Shown here in pieces: positions 40,430-51,150 of a stretch of DNA of 64,000 bases (position 1 is its first letter; each line of letters starts with the position of its first letter). The notes below the pieces were generated by a model, which had not been told where the DNA came from, made no database searches, and saw nothing but the letters and a program-made list of their open reading frames with translations. Origin of the DNA: Vicugna vicugna (Eukaryota); the NCBI GenBank assembly GCA_013265495.1, contig MU058654.1, forward strand, positions 124,001 through 188,000, in the 5' to 3' direction. A program made the translations under genes and the position numbers.

Positions 40430-41516
40430 AGTTCACTTTGGACAGGAAGCAGTAACTAACTGAGAAAACTTTGAATGCCTCAAACACAAGAAAAGCGTAT
40501 TTTCACTCATATAACAGTCCAGGTTAGACACTTCTAGTCAGTAGGCTGTTTTCGTCAAGTGATGGTTCAGAGACCCAGGATCCTTGCCCTTTGTAGATTT
40601 ATCATTCCCTAGGGACTCTGTGGCTTTGCCACCCCCTAGAGAGAAAGGGAATGTATACTAAGGATACAGGCTTTATTTATTTTATTTTATTTTATTTTAT
40701 TTTATTTTATTTTATTTTATTTTATTTTATTTTTTTGCCTAACCCACTAGAATTTATAGCTTTTATCTTTCACTTAAGACCAAGGGATTTTAAAAATTGT
40801 ATAGTCCAACAAGGAAGGAAATGTGCCCAAATGATACTCCTGAATGGGTCCCCAAGTATCCTTCTTGAGATGATACTGACTTTTCCTGTCCTATCGGCCC
40901 TTGGGAGAGTTCCCTAGATGCGTTACTATCATTTTTTATGTCTTCTTCCCCAAAGGTGAATGAATCCTTTGTTTTAACAAAACATGATATTGAGACGATA
41001 CCAATTCTGTTTCAAACCAATGTGTTCATAAGCGATTGAACTTTGAATGAGAATGCCCCAGGAGTGTCCCTATGTCTTGATGCCACAAGCAGTAAGTCTA
41101 TTAAGAAGTTCAAAGGAATCGTGCAGCCCTGTGGTTACAAGGCAGCCAGTTCCTAGATACAGCTCACCGATCTGGGGTCGCAGGTTGTCCACAAATCATC
41201 GTCGTCTCATTTGGACCATCAGCCAGTTATCAGTACAGGCTACAGACAAATCATGAGAACCATGGATCAACACCAAAAGCATGAGAAGCCCTCCTAATGT
41301 GCTAGAAGTTTTCATTGCTTCACATCTGGATCCAACGCTTCCCAGGAAACAGGGACACAGGCTCCTTGAAAGCCTGGGCTTCAAGCAGTTGCTTCTTTCA
41401 GATTCCATTGGTGGGGACCAGTCATGCGACCACCCTTAACTGCAGGGGATGCTGGGAAGTTCATAGCACTGGAGGCATAGAAAAACAAAGGAATCGTTTG
41501 TTGGTGACCCACCACA
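40430..41516 (-). mobile_element. MaLR solo LTR (MLT1J/K-like), split by the OOSP retrocopy into ~40430-40672 and ~41351-41516
   Basis: MLT1-type motifs on both sides (TTCAGAGACCCAGGATCC at left; ATTCCATTGGTGGGGACCAGTCATGCGACCAC...GCAGGGGATGCTGGGAAG at right) join into one element when the retrocopy is removed; the minus strand begins TGTGG at 41516. Confidence 0.7.
40672..41350 (-). pseudogene. OOSP4A: Processed pseudogene (retrocopy) of an oocyte-secreted protein, OOSP/PLAC1 ZP-N family, most like OOSP4A
   Basis: Minus-strand translation from ATG at 41315: MKTSSTLGGLLMLLVLIHGSHDLSVACTDNWLMVQMRRR*FVDNLRPQIGELYLGTGCLVTTGLHDSFELLNRLTACGIKT*GHSWGILIQSSIAYEHIGL, then a frameshift near 41010 to IGIVSISCFVKTKDSFTFGEEDIKNDSNASRELSQGPIGQEKSVSSQEGYLGTHSGVSFGHISFLVGLYNF* (stop at 40790). 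It has a signal-peptide-like N-terminus and four ZP-N-type cysteines (VAC, LGTGC, TACGI, ISC). No introns; variant polyA signal TATAAA (40753-40758); (AAAAT)n tail 40672-40736; TSD AAGGATACAGGCT (40660-40672) / AGGGACACAGGCT (41351-41363). Paralogue assignment is from recalled human OOSP4A sequence. Confidence 0.88.
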
Positions 41517-43068
41517 GACACAAGCCAAAAGTCAGATGCAAGCTGGTTTCAAAAAGTCATAAAGAAACGGCTGAGTGGCTTTTGGAGGAAGAAAACAGAA
41601 GCAAAAATCCTGAGAAGAAAGAGGGGCCATGAAACCATCTTGATTCCCCTCCCTCTATTGTTCTTTTTCTGAAAGTCTGAGAATATTCCTAGGATAGCCT
41701 TCCTACATGCCACCCTTTAACAGAGTCGGCGTGAGTAATTCTCATTTCCTTGCAACCAAAGAAAGGCACTGTGCAAAGCCCTGGAGAGATAGAAGAGGTG
41801 AGAGATTAAATAAAAATATTAATAGTCTTATTCTATAAACAGATGACATTACATAGACTTATTCTGTGTATTTTATAAATCTATTAACAGAATCAGCACT
41901 TCTTCTCTATGTTCAAACCAGAATTGAGAAAATTGAGACCAGGATACCATTGAAACATGAATTCTTTCCATGATTCTCTTAGTAGAACGCAACAAAATGA
42001 GATGCTCACTTCCATCTATGCTTAATCATTGATTTCAGTTATCATTTTAGGCAAAACTAGAATTTCCCAACAACTACTTCACTTCAAATCTGTCTAAGTT
42101 ACAGAAATATTAGCAGTTTACTTTGGTCCTATCATGGGCACACGCGCCTACACCCTCTCAGGAACATAAACCTAATTTAACTAAAAGTAGAAAAGAAGGG
42201 AACTGAATTCTGAAGTGTTTCTCTCCCTCTCTCAAGTTGAAGGGGAATATTTCCATGTGAAGAACAGCTCCACTCGCCTGACAACATCTCACACATGCAG
42301 CGTGAGCGGCACAGAGAACTCGACCACGTTTTCCCCCGAGGCTGGCCACGGCGAAAAACTAGCTGCCGTAAGACAGCATTTACAGGTCTTTACAACCAAC
42401 ACAGACTGGCCCTTTCCATCGAGATAAGGCAACACCTGCCGCACACACCGTGGGACTCAAATATAACCGCTCCCTTCAGTGTCCATGACGTCTTTGAAAT
42501 GAACAAGGCTGTTAATAGGAGCAGTGTCTTCAATGCCATCGTCAGCTTCACCATTCACAGCTTTTATTTTTTCCTTCAAGCCACCACCAGTCAGCTGGCC
42601 TCTTGATCAGTCTGGTAGGAGTTGAGAGAGACACAGTGTTTGGGGAGAGAGAATATAATTTAAGGAAAATTAACTGAAGGAATGAGATTCCTTACATGCC
42701 TGGCCATTTTCAGATGCTGTCACACGCTCTCCTGTTCGATAACTTCCTTCCCCCTCACCTCCCCAGTACTGCTATCAAATTGCGTCTGATATTTAGAAGT
42801 GTTCTGTTTTAATGCCATCTGATTTTGTCTTTTCTATATCTGTCTTCTAACTGATCCGGTATTTCAAGGCAACAAATAGAAAATGGCTTTGTTATTGAAA
42901 TGGGGACAAAAGATAAAGTGGAGAAACATATTAAAATGTCCAGAAAATCCTAAACTGAAATCTGTCTACTGAGCCACCAGCTGTCACTTCCTCTCCTGGC
43001 TACAATGTGCTACCTACACAGCACTGCTGCCTCGCATGCATTGTCCCTCCTCTATGGTATATCTGCTC

Positions 43069-43118
43069 ATATATATATATGTATATATATGTGTGTTTGT
43101 GTATATATATATATATAT
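43069..43118. repeat. (TA)n/(TG)n compound microsatellite
   Basis: Directly visible. Confidence 0.9.
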
Positions 43119-43949
43119 TTTAAAGTCTACCAAAAATAAACTTCATATCTAACTATACTAGACATTTGCTTTCATTACCAACTAAATTCAATTCACTCCC
43201 TTTCAAAGTGACTTAAAATGGATGTTTGTAAGGGAATGATGTAATATTCAATTTATTTAATAGTAAAAGTCAAAGATTTAAACTGAACAACTAGTTCAAA
43301 TGTGCAGTTCCGCCAACTACAGTAGGAATCACGACTGTGGAACAGAGGATGTTGACTTGAGTACTTAGAGTCTGATCATGAATTTAAAATAGTTAAAAAT
43401 CGGGGTTTGAAGTTACAAATGCTGTTCCAGATTATGAGTAGCTATTTCTGGCACATTAAAATTATTTTCTGATCTCAATGAAATGCTCAAGTGGAATTTT
43501 GTTTTGTTTTTTTCAGGAGACAAAAAAGTGCTTTTAGGACCCCATTGCTAGTCCTCATCTCCAAACCCGCCCCCACCCCCACCCTCCCACCTCCACTTCA
43601 GGGTCGGCCATGTCTGGCATCCTTTCTGGCAAACTCAGGAGAGGAGCCAAGGGTGAAATGGGCCATGGAGACTGACTCCCCTTCTCCACAGCTCAGGGGC
43701 CAGCAGGAAGGAAACAGGCTTGGTAAATTCCTGTCTGGCCAGGAGGACCTAGCTGCCCTCACAGAATGGATGAAGTGTCTGCCTCTAAAACTGCCAACAT
43801 GGCTTCTTCCAGGACCACTGGTCTCCATCCTATTCAATCTGCATGTGATTCCTGTCAAAATCCTTATTTCTTCAAGCAGCAGTGATCTCACGGGGAGTAG
43901 GCTACCTGACCTTGGGAACCCGCAGGCCCTCCAGGCTGTGAATCCTCAC

Positions 43950-44400
43950 CGAATCACCCAGCAGCAGATAAGCCCTATTGACAGAGGAGAGAAATGTGCA
44001 AAGTTGATGCCGCATTAATCACACGTGAAACTTTATTTTGAAGGTGTCGCAAGATCCACATTGACTGACTGGTCCTTTTCATCTGCATTTTGAACAGTTG
44101 CTACTCCAATTAAATTCTACCACCTAGCATTTTCAAACAGCTCCTGGTTGTTTCCACAAACTGTGTTAATGGACAGCTGTTTCTGACAGCCACCCGCCTC
44201 CCCACCCCGATTTGCCATGCTGTGTTGGCTGCCAGAGCAGGAGGCTCCGTTCTGTATTCCGCGGCTGGCACCGGGGGATATGCAAATGAACACATGAATC
44301 AGTTGTCACCACCACAGACACCGGGCGGGGGAGACGACAATGATCAGAATGTGCGGGGAGCTTAGCGGGCTGTGAGGAGGGAAGAGGGGGGAAAGAAAAG
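43950..44400. promoter_or_regulatory. Candidate enhancer (CpG-enriched, motif-dense)
   Basis: GCATTAATCACACGTG (~44012-44027), octamer ATGCAAAT 44280-44287, TGAATCA, GGGCGGGG and ACAATG in repeat-free DNA. Confidence 0.4.
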
Positions 44401-44889
44401 CTTAGATTTCTTAAAGTGAGGTTTTTTTTTTTCGAGTGTCTCCAGTTTATTTTCAATTTGTGGCATTCATTAGATTTCAGTGCAGGAATGTACAATCTGT
44501 TTCTCGCCAATCACCCACGGAAACCCAGAAGTCTGGGAATGATGGAAACATTTCAGGTGAACGCGGTTAGAACTTCCACTGCACAAGCTGAGTATTATAT
44601 ACACTTGGGTGTTTCAAATATTTTCCCATCTGAGAAGGGAAGGGGAACGCAAAACTCTTCTTTCCCATCAGGATGTGCTTAAGAAAATTGTGCTCAAAGC
44701 CTGGTTGTAAAGTGTGCTGAATTATTTCCAGAGCGGGGTTCTCTGAGCTGCTCCACCAGTCGGGTCAAATGCTCACCCACGCAGTGGAAGTAAGTTAAAT
44801 AAATAATGGAGCGGCACCAGGGGCTCCTGCTCTGCTGCTCAGAATTTGCTGATGTACCAGGTACTGGAGGAATGTTTCTGCCGTTGTGT

Positions 44890-45495
44890 TCTTTAAGGTT
44901 CAGTAAGGTCAGCAGAACCATGATGAGTGACGTGGAGTAAGGAAGTCATTACGAGGATTGGACCTTACAGTACCTGGGGTCGCTGCAGATCAGCAGAGCT
45001 GATGGGTGGGAAGAAAAGGTAAACTTAGATTGGAAGAGGGCAAGGAAATGCTGAAATCCCAGAGGACAGACTGGAGCCTCTGAGGACAACTGGGAACTCT
45101 TGACAAATTGATTCTGTTCTTGTCTCTCTCTGCCTGCAACCTGGATCCCCCGGGTGACCTACAGAAGAAGCTGACACCGTCGGCCTCAGATCATTACATG
45201 AACTTAGCCTAAGACTTGAAGAGACTGAAGGAAGGGAGGTAGTGGAGCTGGAGGAGAGGGGACTCTGATGCTTTCACATCAGTAAGGCGAACCAGCTGGA
45301 CAGCAGCAAGACATAGGAGCTACAGTGGTGCTGGGAGCCTCCCTTCAAATTCTGAGCACAACCGCTGTTTCACTTCCCCTTCCCTAGCATGCACAAATTT
45401 CCATGTGGCCAGTCCTAACTCAAATCATAACGGGAAGGCAATTCTAAGAAACATATTTCCAGTTCTGCTAAGTTGATTCGTGAAAAAACACCACG
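44890..45495 (-). mobile_element. Old ERVL-class solo LTR related to 31719-32296
   Basis: Shared motifs GACCTTACA, TTCACTTCC(C/G)CTTC, GGCCA..C.TA.CTCA.A.CAT...GGGAAGG. Confidence 0.55.
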
Positions 45496-46309
45496 GATGT
45501 CTGTATACTCAATTCCAAGTCTGCCTTCAAAATCTGATGGGGTGTAGTTTTCTCTAGTTCTCCACATCAGGACTAATACCAGACACAGGAGCTGGAGGAT
45601 GGAGGATGTGGACAAGAAGAGCTGGAGTTAGGGATGGACTAGAGCGGTTAAACTACAGGAGGAACTGGAGTGAAGGCGGTTGGGAAACGTGCCATTGTTC
45701 GGGGATTAGGAAGCAAATCAATATCACATATTGATTTTATTCAAATACTGTTAGAAGTCCTACATTGTGGGGAATTCTGTGCGGGGCCAGTTGCTGCACA
45801 GACAGGTGCAAAAAATGAGAAGGATGAAATGTTATGATCTCAATTATACCTGGCTAATGCACCTTACCTGGGCTTATTTTTTGCCCTCAATCTAAAATGA
45901 AATGAATTTAGACGCCATTTCTAAGCTGATTTCACATCAGTACCTACAAGTTAATTTAAAATTTTGAAATGTTTGAGAATGTCTTGATATAGAGCAGATC
46001 TTAGATGTGATTTGACAAGTGAGCAATAGCCAAAAAAAAAAAAAAATCCCATGCAGTCATCAGAGTTGTTTCAAAACACTTCTAGGTCTGGTGTTGTTAC
46101 TCATTACCAGAAAACAGTTTCCCTTAAGTCAAATATAAGTTTAGAATTAATAGAAGTTAATTTTCATATATGATTTTGTATCAGAACATCAAAATTTAAA
46201 ATTATTTAATTACACAGTTAACCAAAGAATGACTGGCCTGGTAGCTTTCCGGAAGCAGTCACACATACACACACGTACACACACAAACATATACATACAC
46301 ACAGACAAA

Positions 46310-46610
46310 CTATAAGGTACAATTCCCTACCCACTAGAGGTGTTCCTGCTCTCCATTTCCAGCCCTAATACGTTTGGTGCTTCTGGCTTGTTCATCCTTC
46401 TATCCTTACAGACAAACATGTATGTATATTTTTCTTTTACAAAAGGAAACTATGTTGTACATATTCATTTGCAATTTTACTGAACACCTTCTCCTATCAG
46501 TAAAAGATAGAGATATCTCCTTCTTTATATGCATTTCACTTTGTCTCTTTGCCATAATCTGTTTAATCATTCTTTTATTGATAGAAATTCAGGTTACCTC
46601 CCTCCCCATC
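46310..46610 (-). mobile_element. Decayed L1ME-like 3' fragment
   Basis: Degenerate motifs (TATGTTGTACATATT, CATAATCTGTTTAATCATTC). Confidence 0.45.
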
Positions 46611-47779
46611 TTTAAAAAAAATTACGTTTTCTCCTCTAAGCTTGTGGCATCTCTTTCTTCATTGGTCGTTCACAACTAAGCTCACTGGATTTTAGGGCAT
46701 GAGGAGGAAGAAGCTATGTCCTTTTTCCTCACCTGAACATTAATTTGCACCCTGCTTCATAACACACATTTGGTTTGTTTCTTTCTCCTCACTCAGAGCA
46801 AGCTCATATAGCAAATGCCAGGTCCTGCCTTCCTAGTCTCCATCCACAGCTGACCTCACTGCACTTGGAGAAGTCAAAAATTTCATTCCTCAGCTCTGTG
46901 TGGCATTGCTAAAGCAGATTCCCAGTTTCAAAAATATATTAGGGATTTGACTTATGGTCACTGTAAAGTTTTCAGAAATGATACCTTAGGTAAAAGACTT
47001 GGTATGGACCTAATTGATGTAATTCCACCATGAAGAATGCTCAGTTCTCTCTAGGTCTACAAGAAAAACTGTTCTGTATTTCTCATGTCTAGATTCCTTA
47101 TAACCTCTCTTTGCGCTAAAGGGCCCCCATCTCCTGGCCAGAATACCCCAGCCTGGGAGACACCTTGTAGAACAAGATTAAAGCAGACATTTTGCGGCCA
47201 CTGGTCAATGTGTCTCTTGTCTGAATTGGTTGTGTCCGTTTGCACTTACTCCCCTTTTAATCAATTAACAGTTGATGCTAATGGCAGCATCATTTGTTTC
47301 TCATCAGCAAGTCTTCCTTCAGCTTCAGGACTTTCTCGTATTTTGGTCATGTTTTCCATAAGGAGCTGGAGAAATCAGAGCTTTAGATCAATAGGCTGCT
47401 TGGCATAACCCGGCCCAGCAACCAGTCAGTTCTGCTTGGAAAGCTAGACGTCTGATGTTGGTCATCATTCCTTCTGTTATTGAGGGACAATGATGTCTTG
47501 AAAAACTTGGCTTCTTATCAGAACCATGGATTATTGAATATAAAAATATCATGACAATCTAAGTATTACCTAGAGTACTCTTGTCAGAACAAACCAATCA
47601 AATCTCAAGAATGCAACTTTGATGAGAGTGACATTCTCCTACCCCTTATCCTTATCTCATATTTTTATAGCATCCTATAATTCTGAATCGATAGTCTTCA
47701 CCATGTGAGTGTTGTAATTGTCTGTTTGCCACTCTAGATTGTAAGCTACTTGCTCATCATGTGTATCCTAGACAACAGT

Positions 47780-47860
47780 GAAGGGAAGAAAGGAAGGGAG
47801 GAAGGAAGGAGGAAAGGAGGAAGGGAGAGAAGAAGGAGAATGGAAAAAGAAAGGGAGAAA
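47780..47860. repeat. GA-rich low-complexity tract after an L2 3' remnant (~47690-47780)
   Basis: Near-pure purine tract; CTCTAGATTGTAAGCT upstream. Confidence 0.8.
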
Positions 47861-47985
47861 CACTTTTAAGGCAATATGCTGGGGAAATTGAGAATAAAGA
47901 TCTAATGAGATAATTATAGATTGAAATGTACCAGTCACTCTACCAACACACTAGCCATGAATATTTACTCACTGTATGCCAAACG

Positions 47986-48200
47986 CAGTGGTTTCCCAGA
48001 GTGCTAAGCGTGACTCAGGAGACCAGATGGTTTGTGATATTTTAAAATAAGGACCTTTCATCGGTTCACCTGGTGTCTTCTTGAAGGGAACTGGTGAGCA
48101 TGGCTGATCTTTGCCAAAAAGCCTCAGACTTACTCAACCAGAGAGGCACTCCCTAGGCTAGCACCCCATTTGGTGTATTCACCTAGTTCTCGGGAAATAT
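47986..48200. mobile_element. Possible hAT-Charlie MITE
   Basis: Ends CAGTGGTTTCCCA...CGGGAAATATT resemble Charlie terminal inverted repeats. Confidence 0.35.
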
Positions 48201-49669
48201 TTAGAGAAGAGATACTTAAGTCAACAGATTCTTAGATCAAGGCTTATACTTTATGCCTACTTCTTTTTTTGACAATACACAACACCCATCATAGGAAAAT
48301 AGAGGAGGAACTACAGTCAGGGAACAGTAGCCTTGGGGGAGTCTAAACGGGCCCACGAGGGACAGATGAAGCTGAGCTTGACTCACGCCATCTTGAATTT
48401 CTTGATGTTTTATTGTTTTCACGTACTTTATTATTTTTAAACTTATTTTCTCTATGTAATAATCTTGTCGTTTTCCCCATGTGGTTTTCATTTTCTTTAA
48501 AAGATTAATATATCGTATGAGAGGAGAATCAAGAACAATTTCATCTTTCTAGGTCCATCAACCAGAGGACAAGCTATATAGTAGACATTCAAAAATACGG
48601 ATTTCTTCATGAATAAATGGCTAGCAAATACCACTGACTAACTTGTAAGAGAAGTTCGTGTTTGCGGAGCAATGCTTAGAAAATCTTTCGAATGATAACA
48701 TCTAGTTATTCACATGTTAAGGTGATGTACGTGTCCCATGTTGCCTCCTCATTTTGCAGTATAAATTAGGATGTTACAAGCACACCTTTATTTCTTGACA
48801 GTTTGGAAGGACATGCTACAGTAATGTTATTTTCCACGACGTTAAAGGAAAAGGCCGTGGTGTGTGTGTGTGTGTCTGTGTGTGGCGGGGACATGATTCT
48901 GTCCCATTTCCAAGTCAAACCTGATGGCTATTCCCATTTTTCCTCCAAGAGAAATTTGGGAAGAAGCTGAGAACTTGACAAATGGTAAGTGTCATGAAAA
49001 GCGCTGTATTTTCCAAATCTCGAATTCCAGAGCTTCAGGGGCACCACAGACGAGCAGTGTTCTTCTCTGTGAGATACAGAATAAAATAGAGCAAGAATCC
49101 CCAGACAGATCCCTGATCCACAAGCGCCTTTTAAACCACAATGAAGCCGGTGGGTCAGAGGCGGGAAAGGCAGAGGGAGCTAATTGAAACTGGGTTTCCA
49201 CCTATGAGCAACACCCAAGACCTGGTCTTCAATTGAATACTCTGGAATCTAATTTTCCAATGCACAAATGGGCATACTTTCCTCTTAGACTTTTAAGACA
49301 ATTAAATGAAACAATATTTTATAGAAACAAATTAGTAACATGATCATTAAGCATATTCTATCATAAATGATATTTGTTCTCCTTTTTTCATAAGTGCATC
49401 AGATTTTTAAATTTAAATTATGCTTTTTTAGAACCAGATGGGCAAGGTAGGATAGTCAATGAATATCTCTGAACGCCAAGCCTGGTATTTATGGACAAAA
49501 ACCCAAAGCAGAAGAATAATTGCTGACCTTTCACACACAAAATAGTCCAGCAGGGACAAGTTCAAGCTTTACAACATTTTAAAGCATCTCTTACATATTA
49601 TTGGGCTATTTTTTAGATTAAATAAATGAGGAGGAAAACATTGGATGTTTTACAGAAGTTATTTTGTTT

Positions 49670-49965
49670 AATTCTCATTCAGCTGGAGTATTATTATTCT
49701 CATTTTGCAGCTGAGGGATCTGAAGCTTAGAAGGCTTAATTAAGCCACCCAAAACCCACGTGGAGACCGTGGGGTGCTGACTATTACCTCACACCCTACA
49801 TGCTCTCCTCCCATTCTATAGATGAGAAAACCGAGGCGCGGGGCAGGCAAGTGTGGATTGGAGGATGTGGATTGGCCTTGAATCAGACATCCCTGTGTTT
49901 TCCATCCCGCCTCTGCCCTTTGCTGGCTGCCTGAGCTCTGACAAAAACAATTAACCTCTCTAAAC
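49670..49965. mobile_element. Cluster of MIR fragments
   Basis: Two minus-strand cores (CTCATTTTGCAGCTGAGG; CCCATTCTATAGATGAGAAAACCGAGGC) and a plus-strand head (GAATCAGACATCCCTGTG). Confidence 0.65.
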
Positions 49966-50014
49966 CCCCAGAGGCTTTAAATTGTATATTTTTAATTGGC
50001 TTGTTTGGCGTCTC

Positions 50015-50245
50015 CTAAATTATATCCCTTTGGAACACTTGTTCCATCAGATGTTTAAAAGTGTTAAATAAAAAAAAATTGTTTCAGTGGTCCAATAAGT
50101 CTTGGAAATGCTGGTTTAAAACAGAGTTAGAAACTCCTTAGGGCCCCTAACATGCTAATTGCATCAAAATCTCCAAGGGTGGAAGAACAGTCAAGAAGCA
50201 TTGATTTTTTTTTCATAGAAAATAATATGGGAAGTCCAGTTCTTT
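50015..50245. mobile_element. hAT-Charlie (MER103-like) fragment
   Basis: GGAACACTTGTTCC...TGGTCCAATAAGTCTTGGAAATGCTGG...CTAACATGCTAAT. Confidence 0.45.
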
Positions 50246-50574
50246 GTGTTCCGTTCTATTCTATCGCATCTTAATGTTTCCAAAAGGTCTTTGTTTTTCA
50301 ATTGTCATTTAAACATTGTGTCAACTTTACAACTGTTATACAGATCTAGATCTAGAACATTATGCCCTGAGTTTTCTACCTGCCTCTTCGCAGTGGAAGA
50401 GGCCGCCACTTCACAGAAGCAGGCACTGTTCTGACTGCCATCACCTTGGATTAGCTTTACCCACTCAAGAACTCCATGTAAAGGAAATCACAGAGAATGT
50501 ACTCCTGTGTGCCTCGCTACCCCAGCTCCATGTCTTTTGCTGTTTGTTTTATTGTCATTATCATTACTATTTTT

Positions 50575-51150
50575 GCTGTGTTAACAGCTTTACTGAGAGG
50601 AATAACTAACATACAATAAACTGCACATACTGAAAGTGCATCAATTTATAAATCTTGACATACGTAGGCACCTGTGAAAGGATCACCACAACCAAGAGAA
50701 TGAACATATCCATCAGCCAAAAGTTCCCTCCTGCCCCTGGCTAATCCCTCCCTCCCATCCCCCTCTTCCACTGTCACTGGCAATCTCTGATCTGCATTCT
50801 ATCACTATGAGTTGGTTTGCATTTTCTAGAATTTTATGTAAATTAAATGATGCATAGGTATTCTTCTATCTGGTTTCCTTCACTCAACAAAATTATTTTG
50901 AGACTCATCACTGCCATTTCATGTTTCTATAGTTGATTCCTTTTCATTGCCAAGTAATATTCCATTACAAGGATATATATACCATTATTTGTTTATCCAT
51001 TCAGCTGTTAATGGACATTTGAGTTGTTTCCAGTTACTGGCTATTGCAAAAAATGCTGCTATGGACATCTGGGTACAAATATTTGAATGGACAGGTGCTT
51101 TTATTTCTCTTGGGTGATACTTCAGAGAAAAATGGTTGAATCATATGCTA
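50575..51150 (-). mobile_element. L1MB-like 3' end, preceded by a shorter L1M 3' fragment at ~50400-50530
   Basis: AACAGCTTTACTGAG...CATACAATAAACTGCACAT...GGACATTTGAGTTGTTTCCAG...GCTGCTATGGACAT. Confidence 0.85.

Noticed and set aside
41196..41408. Intact small secreted-protein CDS from the ORF track
   Set aside because: It is the 5' part of the disabled OOSP retrocopy; homology continues past the stop and the upstream extension is LTR sequence.
43491..44018. 175-aa ORF, the longest in the window
   Set aside because: GTG start, no recognisable domain or splice context; expected by chance in a GC-richer patch.
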